DNA of 62,939 nt, filler included, from Octopus bimaculoides (lineage: Eukaryota): NCBI RefSeq assembly GCF_001194135.2. It is 5 parts of 5 records of this genome, joined end to end, with 100 filler letters (N's around TTAATTAATTAA, not from the genome) between each part and the next. Parts side by side here need not be neighbours in the genome. Positions count along the whole stretch, not along the records: positions 1 to 27,092 come from NC_068993.1; positions 27,193 to 43,470 come from NC_068985.1; 3 more parts are not named here. One strand, written 5' to 3'. The notes below the pieces were generated by a model. The model worked only from the letters and a program-made list of their open reading frames with translations, was not told the origin of the DNA and made no database searches. A program made the translations under genes and the position numbers. This document shows, one piece after another, positions 1-29,800 of this stretch; the stretch's first letter is position 1; the number at the start of each line of letters is the position of its first letter.

Positions 1-372
1 ACTAGAAATAAGGCATCAGTAGTGCTTTTACCTGGCACGAACCCAAACTGCATCTCATCTAAATTGATTCGCTCCCTAATTAGTTGGGCTATGACCCTCT
101 CTGTAACTTTCATAACCTGATCTAACAGCTTGATGCCTCTGTAATTATTTGTATCTAAAGCGTCCCCTTTACCTTTGTAGCAGTTGACTATGATGCTGCT
201 ACACCAGTCATAGGGTATGACTCCTTCGTGTATCACCTGGTTCGTAATACGGGTGACTAGGCTATAGCCAACACTGCCAGATATTTTGAGCATCTCTGCA
301 GTGATTCCTGATGGGCCGGGGGCTTTCCCGGTCTTCATACTCTTAATTGCTTTATCTACCCTGGTACTATCA
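1..372 (-). mobile_element. RTE-clade LINE reverse transcriptase fragment, antisense within an ISWI intron, running off the window edge
   Basis: Manual - strand translation is stop-free: VDKAIKSMKTGKAPGPSGITAEMLK...YDWCSSIIVNCYKGKGDALDTNNYRGIKLL...EMQFGFVPGKSTTDALFL, typical N-terminal RT motifs of RTE LINEs. Confidence 0.9.
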
Positions 373-438
373 ACTATGTTTTTTTTTAATTTATTATCTT
401 CTTTAGAAAATATATATGCATAAATGTTTTGTTTCCAG

Positions 439-16883
<16,445 letters not shown>

Positions 16884-17640
16884 AGGAAAAAAAATACTAA
16901 AACAGTTTCTTTTTCGTTGGTGATAAACATGAACTTTTTGGATTCGTCAACTCCTGGCATTTCAGTTGCATTTAACTGAAGAATATACATCTACTCCATT
17001 CCTCTGGTGCCATCTCCTGTTAAATTCGTCTCTGCTTCCAGCCATTATTTACCTTCTGTTTTTTCTTCCCATCTCTTCATTTTCACTTCAATAGACTGAG
17101 TAGCCAACAACAAAAAAAAAAAGAAAGAAAAAAGAAAAACAAAAAAAAGCTTCAGGATTTACGTTTTTTTTTTTTTTAAATTATGTTTTGTGCACGTCTG
17201 ACAGTACGCCTGTGTGTATGTAAGCGTGTGTGCTTGCGTTCATATTTAAAACTGAATCATCAAGGTTTACCCTATTGCAAAAGCAACTTAAAACAGTAAA
17301 CCCTTGACTCTTCTGTTATTATTATTATTATTTTTTGTTCATTTTGCACCCAAACCATAATGCATTATTAAGAAAGCTGGGATGCATATTAAAGGAAAGG
17401 GGACAGGTATTCCCTCATAATTTTCCTTCTCCATGAGTGGCAGAAAATGTGATGTGATGTGATGCTTGCTGTTTTATAGAGAATTAAACTTTTTTTTTAA
17501 ATATAATACATCCTTTTGTCTATCATTGTTTGCCTTGTCGTTTTATAATTTTCTTTCTTTTTTTCTTTTACCCAGTTAATTCACATCCACACTTTAGTTC
17601 GATCATTAATAAATGTCTAATTATATATAATTATTTTTAT
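16884..17640 (+). other. Probable ISWI 3'UTR with candidate AATAAA at 17608-17613
   Basis: U-rich sequence after the stop. The end is a guess; further AATAAA motifs near 19277 and 19303. Confidence 0.4.
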
Positions 17641-20029
17641 TTATTTTTTTTTTGTTAGATTTTAATTAGTATTAGGATTGACTTAACCTTTCATCTTCAG
17701 GGTTTGTATGGAATGAAGTATCAGTTAGATATTAGTGTTAAAATGACTATGTGGCCACCACCACATAATTGGTCTTGTGGCTAATGAAAGCAAATCATCA
17801 TCATCATCATAATTATTATTATTATTATTATCATCTGATTGACACACTGTTGTAAAGCAGAAAATTCTTGACAAATTGAGCTAGTTCTTTTGAGAAAGAC
17901 TGATATTACCAAATTCTTGTTCCCCCCTCCATATCTCTTAAAATATATTGGGTTTTGAACCAGCAAAGAAGCTTTTATATGGTTGCTTGACCTTTTAGAA
18001 TTAGCAACCAAATTATCTTCAAATCATACTCTGTCTTAGAAAACGAAGGACATTAGATAATGTGGTCTTAGGTGTACTGTACCTAGAAAGACAAAAAAAA
18101 AGATGGGATGGTCACATGTGGAATGCCTTTGATTTTAGCTCTGATTGATCAGGATTATCCTGGGGACTGAACATCTTGGACATCATGGTTGTGTAAGAAA
18201 CAATATATAAGAAATCTTTGTAATAATCTAGCTTTGATATGTTTGACTCCTGTCTCTTTCCGTTTACAAGATTTGTTTACATGCTTAAGAAAGGAAAAAC
18301 CATGTCAGGTTTTATTAATTTTAGTGGCATGCTACCAGACTAAATCTCTTTCAGTATATCGAGCTTCTGAGTTCAGTTACATACAAGGGGTCGTTTTTTT
18401 TTTTCCTTTTGTCTTCATTCTTCCAAACATGGCAGTAATGTATTTCTAGAGGTTGATCTGATTGGCCTGTATCACTTTTCTTTTTTTTTCCTAACAAAAA
18501 AACAAAAAAATATTTGTCCCTGTACTTAGACAAGCTTTGTTAACAAAAAAAAAAAAAAATCACTTTTCTCTGTCAGTTCATTCTGGTATTAATTAAATGA
18601 CTTATGCTGATTAATTAAAAAAAAAAATGTGGTCAGCATGTCATGGCAAATGATGTCTTCTAGAACTATCAATATTCCTCAGCGTTTTCATTTTACATTT
18701 CTATATGCCTCCTCCACTCACATAGTTCATCCATTTACTATCTATAACCACAAAATAATTCCACCACCCCACAATACCATCAGCAAACCATTTCAACACA
18801 GAATTGTATAGGGTTGGATAAACTCTTTAATCTGCAGCTAATGAACACAGTTTGTCTTGAGAATATTTAGTATTTGTTGCAGATTATTGACAATTGAATA
18901 ATTAATTCATATCTTTTTTTTTTTTTACTTGTTTCAGTCACTGGGTTGTGGCCAAGCTGGAGTGCCAAAGATTTAGTTGAACAAATTTAGCCTGGTACTT
19001 ATTTTATCAGTCTCTTTTGCCAGACTGCTGAGTTATGGGGATACAAACAAACCAACACTGATTGTCAAGCAGTGGAGGGGGACAAACAGACAAGTTTTCA
19101 TCTACCAAATTTACTCATTAGGCATTGGTTTTCCTGGGGCTATAATAGAAGACACTTGCCCAAAGTGCTGCACAGTGGGACTGAAACCCAAACAAACATG
19201 GTTACAATATATATTTATATATATGTACATAATATCAGAGAATTTTTTTTCTTTTATCAAAACATGCTTAACCCTTAAATAAGCTTTTAAAAAAAAAAAT
19301 CCAATAAATATGTTTTCTTCTNNNNNNNNNNCCCCTGCATATTGCTAATTTAGGCATTTTAGTATTTCAGTAAAACTGACTGGAGCTGAGGCAAGATATA
19401 TATTCCCAAACCAACAACACTCAAATCTTCATTATTATCGTCCTCATCACATTTACCACCACCTCCACCGTCAATGCACCTTACATGATCATTTATGTGT
19501 TGTCTGCAATGATCTGTTGTCAAGTCTGGAAGAGTCCAGTAGAGTTTAATGTTTTCTATTTGTCTTTGGTCAGCGGCATTCCATGTTTGCCAAGCAGGAA
19601 GCTTGATAGAAAGACATCAGACAATAACAGAGAAATGCCTTATTTTATTATTTTTTTTTTATCTTGGTTTCTATATATATATATATAGGAATTGTAATAA
19701 TAATAAAAATATTGGAAATTAAAATATAGTTTCTCTCGTTTTTATAATTCTTTGTGTGTATGTATATATGTTACTCTTCATCACTTTTTCCATGCTCACA
19801 TGGGGTCAGACGATTTGTTGAAGGCAGGGTGCACTTCCTGTCACCAACACTCACCTGTTTCCAAGCAAGGTAATATTTCCTCCATGACAGTGACACTTGT
19901 TTGTAACTTATGTGATGTCAAGGCAAGGAGACAGTAACACACACACACACACACATACATACAAGTTCCTTATTTCTTTATTGCCCACAAGGGGCTAAAT
20001 ATAGAGGGGACAGACAAACGGATTAAGTC

Positions 20030-20550
20030 GATTATATTGACCCAAGTGTATAACTGGTACTTATTTAATCGACCGCGAAAGGATGCATACTGGGGACGAA
20101 ATACCGCTAAGCATTTCGCCCGGCATGCTAACGTTTCTGCCAGCTCGCTGCCTTAATAATAGTCCTTTCTACTATAGGCACAAGGCCTGAAATTTTGGGG
20201 GAGAGGTCTGCCAGTCAATTAGATCTACCCCAGTACGCAACTGGTACTTAATTTATTGACCCCAAAGGGATGAAAGGCAAATTCGACCTTGGCAGAATTT
20301 GAACTCAGAACATAAAGACAGACGAAATACCACTAAGCATTTCGCCTCCAGCCTGCTACCTAATAATAATTCTTTTCACTATGGGGGCCAGTTAGATTAC
20401 ATTGACCCCACTGCTCAATTACTACTTATTCTATTGACCCTGAGAGGATAAAAGGCAAAGCTGACGTCCGTTGGATTTGAACTGAGAACATCAAAAAGAA
20501 GTCTTGCTAAACACTTTTGACATGCTAATGATTCTGCCAGCCTGCTGCTT
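20030..20550 (-). mobile_element. Cluster of about three partial tRNA-derived SINEs
   Basis: Repeated AACTGGTACTTA...GACCCCGAAAGGATGAAAGGCAAA...GAACTCAGAAC...GCTAAGCATTTCGCCCGGC...GCCAGCTCGC; + strand copy at 51199-51418. Confidence 0.75.
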
Positions 20551-20569
20551 TTTCTAGTTTAACCTCACT

Positions 20570-20601
<32 letters not shown>

Positions 20602-21016
20602 ATTTCACAACACATGGTTTACTTACTCACTCGTTAAAATCAGAATATTTCATCAGGAGAAATGATTCAATTAGAAAAAAAAAAGGAAATGAAAAACAAA
20701 TAATTGAAGCAAGGGTGAAAAAAAGAGTATTTTGAAACTGCGTTTTGGGTCATCGGCTTAAGTGGTTTAATTAAATACATCAACAACCTTTTAACGAGGT
20801 TTACTTCCAGATCCATGTCTCATTATTTTACAGGAGATTGATTACAGAGATGATATGCAGAAGAGCAAAGTTAAAATTTTTTTTTTAAATTTTGAAAATG
20901 TAAAAAAAATAATAATAATAATCACAGAAACTTATNNNNNNNNNNNNNNNNNNNNNNNNNNNNNNNNNNNTCAATGGCCATAACAATGCCTCTATTTTCT
21001 TGGTATGTTGTTACAG

Positions 21017-21345
21017 ACTGAAGGCGCATGGCTCAGTAGTTCAAGTGTCAGGCTCACAATCACAAGGTAGTGAGTTTGATTCCTGGACCAGGCTGTGTGT
21101 GTTCTTGAGCAAGACACTTTATTTCATGCGGCTCCAGTTCACTCATCTGTAGCAATGAGTTGTGACGTCACTGGTGCCAAGTTGTATTGATTTTTGCCTT
21201 TCCCATGGATAACATGAAGAGGGGAGGCAGTATGCTTGGGCGATTGCTGGTCTTCTTTAAACAACCTTGCCCAGACTCGTACTTCGAAGGGTAACTTTCT
21301 AGGTCCAATCCCATGGTCATTCATGACCGAAGGGGGTCACTCTCT
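21017..21345 (+). mobile_element. tRNA-derived SINE (second family)
   Basis: A/B-box-like head GGCGCATGGCTCAGTAG...GTTTGATTCC; inverted copy at ~15930-16243. Confidence 0.7.
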
Positions 21346-23761
21346 CTGTTACAGACAGAAGGGGATTATTCAAAATTTCATAGTGATAAGACCGACCCCC
21401 ATTCCACTTCCAGCAAAGTTAAAGTTTGAGGTTTGCAGGGGAAACCTCTTGTACAAAAGGAGCATTGTAATTTTAACTCAAAGCATTGAGATACAGAAGT
21501 GAAATAATAAATAACAAAGATGGGAGACCTTATATTATTACAATGCAAAACAGGTAAATAAAGTAGCTTTTATACATTTCAAGCACAAAAGTCAATCAAC
21601 AGAAGTGAATGAAGTTTGTGTAGATGCAGTCCTGCATGAATATTTCCCTTTCCTAATCACTTGAATTTCTTACCAATTCAAGTGATAGGGAGGGTTTTAT
21701 AACTTTCAAGTCTTATTGGCCAGATCTACATAAACTTTAACATTTCTTTACTCTGTTCAATTTTGATAATGGGGTCTTTGAACCTGAAATATCTTTTGGG
21801 GCACCACTTTGAAGGGTCTAGCTAAGCAAAAACGACCTCGGGATTTATTTTTTCTTAAAACTGGTACTTATTCTATCAGCGTCTTTTGCTGAACTGCTAA
21901 GCTACAGGGATGTAAACACACCAACACCAGTTGTGAATCAGTGGCAGGGGACAAATGCAACACAAAGACACAGATATTCTTTACTTGTTTCAGTCATTTG
22001 ACTGTAGCCATGCTGGAGCACTGCCTCAAAGGATTTTAGTAAAAACAAAAAAATGAACCCCTGTAAGCCTAGTACTTATTCTATTGGTCTCTTTTGCTAA
22101 ACCGCTAAGTTACAGGGACATAAACACACCAGCATCGTTTGTTAAGTGATGGCGGGGGTGACAAACACAAATACATATGTATGTGTGATGAGCATCTATC
22201 AAATCCACCCACAAGGCTATAGTAGAAGACACTTGCCCAGGTGCCACGCAGTGGGACTGAACCTGGAACCATGTGGTTGGGAAGCTAAATTCTTAACACA
22301 GCCACGCCTGCATATATACATATAACAAGCATCTTTCAATTTTCATCTACCACATCAACTCACAAAGCTTCGATTAGCTTAGGGTTAGAGTAGAAGTAAC
22401 TTTCAATGGTGCCATACAGTGAGACTGAATCCAGGACTACATGGTTGGGATGTAAGCTTTTTAACCACATAGCTACACCTATAACGATTACTTTCACTTT
22501 CACAACTGCAAGAAGTTCTGTCTTCGTTATTCACTATTTCAATATATGTAAAATACCATAAGGCTTTTTTTTTTTTTTGAAAAGGGCCCCAAGTTCAAAC
22601 AAGGGAAAGGGTGAAGGTAGGGTCTGGAGGAATATAGTCAAATGAATCGATTCCAGTTTATCAACAGTATTTATTTTAGCGATTCTTACACCTGCCTCCA
22701 TGCTCAACATATACAGACCGAGAAGATTTGAACTCAAGAAAGATGAGGCCTACAAGCTAGATACAATAAAGTATCTTCTAGTTTGGCACTTTACTGATTA
22801 ACATTAACTTCATTTGGGAAGTTTAACAAAAGAAAAAAAAAAAAGAAAAAAAAAGGGAAAACATTGTCATTTATCTTTAGACAGAAAATGAAACTAGAGA
22901 GATTTTTATTTTATTTTTAGGAGTTTGGAAACCAGGAATAATTACAATGAATGCAATGTTCATGCCTTTCCCCAAAGGTAACAGAGTGAAGTGGGTATGT
23001 GGGTCTGTGATTGGCAAATCATCAAAATCTGGTTGGAGAACATTCCGTAGTCTCTGGCCACAATGTGTAATAAAATTGACTGTTTTCCATTGTGCATGGA
23101 TGTATATATATATGAAGTCAGGAATTTTGTGTGGGGAGGGGAATGAAGTTGAGAATTAGCAAAGAAAAAAAACCCCAAACCCCCACCAAAACAGCCCCAC
23201 TAAGTTGGAGTGGGTTCAGTTTGTAATTATTAAAACCCCGCCTCGTCTCAATTATAAACGCTGCCACAATTCAAAAGCAGCAACATTTCATCCAGTCTCT
23301 AATAGCAGCTGTCGGACATGGTATGTAATAAGAAAGTTTGCAGATGTTAGTAGAAGTAGTTGTGGTGGTGGTTTGTAGTTGTAATAGTAATAGTGGTGGT
23401 GGTGGTGGTGGCAGTGGCAATAGAAGTTATACAGTAGTAGTAGTGGTGGTGGTGGTGATGATAGCAGTAAAAGATGGGTGTCATAGACGCAGCAGTGGAT
23501 CCATGATCAGNNNNNNNNNNNNNNNNNNNNNNNNNNNNNNNNNNNNNNNNNNNNNNNNNNNNNNNNNNNNNNNNNNNNNNNNNNNNNNNNNNNNNNNNNN
23601 NNNNNNNNNNNNNGAGAAGAAATTTTTTACTTATTTTATTTATTATACAAAAAAAAAAAGCATATTCACTTAGGGATATAACTTGCTACAACTGTCATAA
23701 TATCTCAAGGAAAGGAACACGAAATTATGTTCCTGTTGCCTTCTCTAGGGCAGGCATCAAT

Positions 23762-23810
<49 letters not shown>

Positions 23811-26800
23811 TGGGTGTGTGTGTGTAAGATAGAGAAAGCCATGTTTTTTTTTAAGGGCTGAAATCAGAGTGTCATAACGGGTATTTGCATATTACAAGTC
23901 AAATAAAAAAAGAGCAACAGGCAAAAACCATTAAATAAAAATAAAAAAAGGACTCTTCAGGGTTAACCAAGTATTCCACACAACATGATGCAAAGAAACA
24001 GAAAAGACATCATTAACAAAACACAAACACACACACACACTTTGCAATGTTAAATTTTCTTTTCCTCTTAACAGAAATATCTCTTCTTTCACACAAACAC
24101 ACATCAAAACAGATTTTTGCAGAAATTGGAGCAAATGAGGAATTGTAACATTCATGGGGGTTTCTTGAAAGATCTGACTGCAGTTAGCTCCAACCAAAGG
24201 AGTCAGAAAGTTGATTTATATCAAGCTCACTGCATGCATAAACATGCAAAAGAAGTAATAATATTTCTTACACAGGCATGAAGGTAAAGATTTTTATTTA
24301 AAAAAAAAAAAAGAGGAGGAAGAGGACAAGGGGAAAGAAATGGTCAGTTGTGATGTTCATGCCATTAAATTAGGTTTTATGAAGGTTTTTTTTGTGAGTG
24401 TATGTGTGTGTGTGTGTGTGTGGTATGTAGGGGAGGAGGAGGAAGAGAAATAAAAACAAAGAAACAAGCAGCAATTGTAACAGAAATGGATTTCTTGACA
24501 GGAACTCCAGCATGGTCTTGACCACAATGGTTAAAGAACATGAACACACAACACAACTTCAAATTTCCAGGGTGGTGGTAGTGGTGGTTGGTGGAAGAGA
24601 AATGCGATGTGATATTCATTAGTTCATTCCCCAATGCGAGTAGAGGGTGAAGGGGCAGGGTGGGGGGGGCAGACTAAACTGAAAGTTTAAAAAAAAAAAC
24701 GATATAAAGTACCTCACCCCCCCCCCCTCCAACTAGGAAGTGAAAAACTGCAAACTTGATATCAACTGGTCAGGAATCCAATTCTTCTATTCACTGTAAT
24801 ATGGCCAGATGTGGGGGAAGTGGGGAGTGGGGGGAGGGAGAAAAGCATGAATAAAATATCAGTGACCACATTAAGCAGGGGCAGCAGTAATGAGGACTAC
24901 AGTAGTAGTAGCAACATTGGTGGTGGCAGTGAGAGGATGAGAGTTGTGATGGTAGTAATAGCAGTTGTCAAGCAGTGGATTTTAGGTGGGGGGGGTAATT
25001 ACAGGAGAACTTCCAGGTTTCAGAGCTGTTACTTAATCTGAGCCAGTGATATCCATCAGAGGGTGATCTTCACCACTACACCACTGGACTCCTAGATGTG
25101 ACCAGTAGGATCCAGATTGTTACCTGGCTGCAGCACCTAAAGACAACTCAAACTCATCACTTGATGCCAACAAACCACTACTTACAGTGAGGTTGTTGCG
25201 ATAACCCTGCCCTTTCATAGCTATTTTTTCGAGGTGGATCAAGCCATTGCTTTATAGACACAGAGCAGCACTTGTGACAAGTTCCGAACAGCTGCCAACC
25301 ACCGAGAGATCTTCCACATGGTTGTGTGACCAACTAAAAACACTATCTAAACTCCCCTAAGCCATAACCCAATCAGCTTTAGCAAATATAAAAACAAAAA
25401 CCTCTACATTCAATAAAGTAGACCTGGGTGTACAAAAACACGAGACGTTGTGGCTAGAATTCCTTTGAACAGCTCAGATCTCTGACCTGAGACCAAAGAA
25501 CAACTACAGGTAACCTTTCTTGGCTTCTTCAAAAATGTCTGATAAACTCATCTGTTCACACCATACTCTCTGGTTCCAGATAGATTATCCAAATCAAAAA
25601 TTAAAAGCAATCCTTTCCAGAGTAACAAGTATTGTGTTTAACTCTGGATTCTGTAGCCCGAGGTGGACAAGACAGAAATCTGTTCTCTCCCTTCCCAGTA
25701 TAAGATGCAAGTCTGCAGCAGATAACTTTTACTTTCCTATAAACCATCTGGTAGTTATTCCCTCGGTAAGGTGAACAGGTGAAGTCGTTCAGAAGTAAGT
25801 GTTCTCTTCGGGGACAAAAACGCCTACAGCTAATACAAACTGAACCTGTGAACCACGAGTTGGTAGGTCAGTGATCTATCAACTCGTTCATTTACTTTCT
25901 ACCAATTCCTCTTTAATAAATTATTTTTAATGGCTACAATGTTTCTCTAGTTCAACCTCATTCCCATGCTATAGTTGATATCAACATCAGCATTGTTATT
26001 ATTATTATTATTATCATCAATATAACAGTGTCTTTTGACCAGGCAAAATAACCCTTCATTTTTAAGGGTGGATAATGGGAAGTTCTATAAGGTCCCTGCT
26101 TTCCCCTATGAAGGGGGCCCGTGCCTTAGGGAAACAAATATAGACTTCTAATGCAGGATCAAAATTGTAACATGCACTTGACAACCCAAGAACTATATGC
26201 TGTCATTCACAATAATATTAATAACTGAACCATCATTCCTCTTCCACATTATACACACACATACACACATATATATATGTATGTCTATTTTGTAAAACAA
26301 ACAAGATAAATCGCAATACATGAATATATATACGAGTGTGTATATGTGTGTGTTTGAATGCATTAATCAGTAGAAAGTAAAAAGTGCCATGCATGAACAT
26401 CTCAGCCCTTCTTTGAGGCACATATGTAACACTGCCAATTAAAAATGCCATACATACACACACACACACACACACGTGTGTACATGCAGATATAAAATCA
26501 TACATGAAAATAAAGTACCTGCTTGGCAAATGCTAGGAATTTGGAGCTGATCGGAAACCTTGAATAATCCAGATGCTTATTTTTTTTTGAGTCTTGCTGT
26601 TTTCCCTTGCATTACACAAAGCATACTTACAGCAATTGCCCACCAACTGTGATTGAACCACCCACACAAACACTATCACATTCACACACACACACACACA
26701 CGCGCGTGCACATCAACATAAATGCATAAACACAAGCAGCTAAAAATATTTTGGAATATTAAGCAGCAATAAAAAGCAAAGAGAGGGAGATGGGGTGGGA

Positions 26801-29800
26801 GAGGGAATGCATTGCAACAAAGATTTTTTTTTTTTTTTTCCCCAAGAGATATTAAAACACATTTTTTTTTGTTTTCTTGTGTTGTTGTAGTCATCGTCAT
26901 CGGAACTGTAAAATGGTAGCACTGCTAGAAATTCGGTCTCCAGATTGAATTAACAGGTCTTGAAGATCTTCAGCTGGTAGTAGTAGTAGTAGTAATTATA
27001 TTAGTAACTGTTATGATAGAAGTAGTAGTATTAGTAGTAGTAGTAGTTATAGTGGTGATGGCGGTGACGGTATGATAGCATTGGTTGTGGTGNNNNNNNN
27101 NNNNNNNNNNNNNNNNNNNNNNNNNNNNNNNNNNNNTTAATTAATTAANNNNNNNNNNNNNNNNNNNNNNNNNNNNNNNNNNNNNNNNNNNNATATTGGA
27201 AGCCAATAGTCGGTGGGTGGATGCACCATCGGGTTTGCCTGGTATGTTATGATCATTCGGGATTCGGTGGTTGATGGGCGAGTGAGGTGATCCACTGAAT
27301 TTTGCCTGATTGATGGATGCACTGCCAGGCTTTACCCTTTGGGACACTACCTTGGCGTGGTGAAAGAGCTTACGTCCGTGTGGGGTGATGTGTCGGATAG
27401 GTGGTAAACCAATGCCGAATATTTGCTCTCGCACGGACAAACTAAATGTTTCCATTCCTCCATTGCAGTTCCAGCTAGTCTGGTGGGGGCCATGTGATAT
27501 GTGGATGATTCTGACTGAGAGGAGTGGGCCTTCCGGAGGTGATTGGTAGACTGCCGATAGTCTGCCTCCTGGTGTGACTGACTGGCTGACATGGGGTACG
27601 TTATGACCCAAGTCGATGGTGAGTGAAGTCCCGTTTTGTACGGGTTTGCGCGGTATGTGGTGACCCATTCGTCTTGGTGAGGTCCGATGTGTNNNNNNNN
27701 NNNNNNNNNNNNNNNNNNNNNNNNNNNNNNNNNNNNNNNNNNNNNNNNNNNNNNNNNNNNNNNNNNNNNNNNNNNNNNNNNNNNNNNNNNNNNNNNNNNN
27801 NNNNNNNNNNNNNNNNNNNNNNNNNNNNNNNNNNNNNNNNNNNNNNNNNNNNNNNNNNNNNNNNNNNNNNNNNNNNNNNNNNNNNNNNNNNNNNNNNNNN
27901 NNNNNNNNNNNNNNNNNNNNNNNNNNNNNNNNNNNNNNNNNNNNNNNNNNNNNNNNNNNNNNNNNNNNNNNNNNNNNNNNNNNNNNNNNNNNNNNNNNNN
28001 NNNNNNNNNNNNNNNNNNNNNNNNNNNNNNNNNNNNNNNNNNNNNNNNNNNNNNNNNNNNNNNNNNNNNNNNNNNNNNNNNNNNNNNNNNNNNNNNNNNN
28101 NNNNNNNNNNNNNNNNNNNNNNNNNNNNNNNNNNACGGGTTTGCGCGGTATGTGGTGACCCATTCGTCTTGGTGAGGTCCGATGTGTCATAGTCTCTTGA
28201 CCTCGGCAGGTGGGAGACCACCGAGGTTGCCACTGGTCTTTCGTATTTCGTTTCGATTTTCGCCGGTGTGTGACGCCTCGCCGGTTCGGGGGGTGCGCTG
28301 CCGCGCATATCCCCTCCACGAGCTGTTGGCTTTGGGTGGATGCACTGCCCCTCGTTGGCTGGAAGATGCACCAGTGAGTTAAGGTGAAGGTATGTCTGCT
28401 GTCCCCAGACGATGGTCAACTCCTGGAGATCGTTTTGCCTATGTATTCATGGAAACTGCCGCTTGCGTGTTGCAATATATAAATAACTAATAAGTTCAAA
28501 AACATACGGTAGCCAGGGGCTGTATAAACTGGTGACCCCCGGGCGGGGTGATGCCTGGAGGTCAAAGCCGGGCGTGTTGCCCATCTACGTCGGGCTCAAG
28601 TGGAAATGGCGGGATCATTTTAGTCCTAGCCTTTCTATCCACCCCGGCGGCGGATAATGAGCCATATCTGCAGCCGGTTAATCAGTGGCTCACCTGACTG
28701 ACTTTTACACTTAGATGATTTAAGTGATTTCTCAATGATCGTCGCTGTGGTCCTTTCTTGGGTTTTTTTTTGTTTTTTTTTTTGATACCCATAAAACTAT
28801 CCGTTCCAGCTGAGATAGTTACATAAACGGAAGAGTCGGCCACGGTAGCGTCGGAGGGGGCTGTGGAATGGTATCAGCCGAAAAATAGCTGACAATAGAT
28901 GGAACATACCAGTCGCCCCCTGGTGTGTAGAATGAGGAATGGGATGTCTATGGAGCGAGGTTACAGATGGATCGAATGGAACGAGTGAACATACCAGACA
29001 TTTTGACGGTATGTAGAAAGAAAGACTAGTAGTTCGATGAACGAAGTAATAAGATGAACGAATATGCCATATCGTCCCTATGGTATATCGACAAGAGATT
29101 CGATGAACGAAGTAACGAGTGCACTGAAGGAAAGGAATGAACATACCTTATCGTCCTGATGGTGTGTTGAAAAGAAAGATGAGACATCCATTAAACGAAG
29201 CAAGGAGTAGATCGAATGTGAAGCTTGAAGATACAGAAAAGATGGAAGATTGCCTGAAGCGTGAAAGAGAAGAATGAAATTTTGAAAAGACTGAATAAGA
29301 AGGCAGTAAATACCAGTCGCCCCGATGGTACTTCGATAGAAATATGATGCCGAAGCAGCAGTGAGGATGGTTGAAGAGATCAAGAAGATACCGACTTTGA
29401 AACCCAAATCGAAAAATAAAATAAAGCACCTGGATAAGACAAAGACCCGTCGAAAAAGAACGAAGAATATTTTAATGTTTTTTTTATTTGTTTTAATAGA
29501 TNNNNNNNNNNNNNNNNNNNNNNNNNNNNNNNNNNNNNNNNNNNNNNNNNNNNNNNNNNNNNNNNNNNNNNNNNNNNNNNNNNNNNNNNNNNNNNNNNNN
29601 NNNNNNNNNNNNNNNNNNNNNNNNNNNNNNNNNNNNNNNNNNNNNNNNNNNNNNNNNNNNNNNNNNNNNNNNNNNNNNNNNNNNNNNNNNNNNNNNNNNN
29701 NNNNNNNNNNNNNNNNNNNNNNNNNNNNNNNNNNNNNNNNNNNNNNNNNNNNNNNNNNNNNNNNNNNNNNNNNNNNNNNNNNNNNNNNNNNNNNNNNNNN

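Noticed and set aside
27640-28187. 53-bp direct repeat flanking the 27693-28134 gap
   Set aside because: Most simply an unmerged contig overlap; cannot be called an LTR or tandem repeat.
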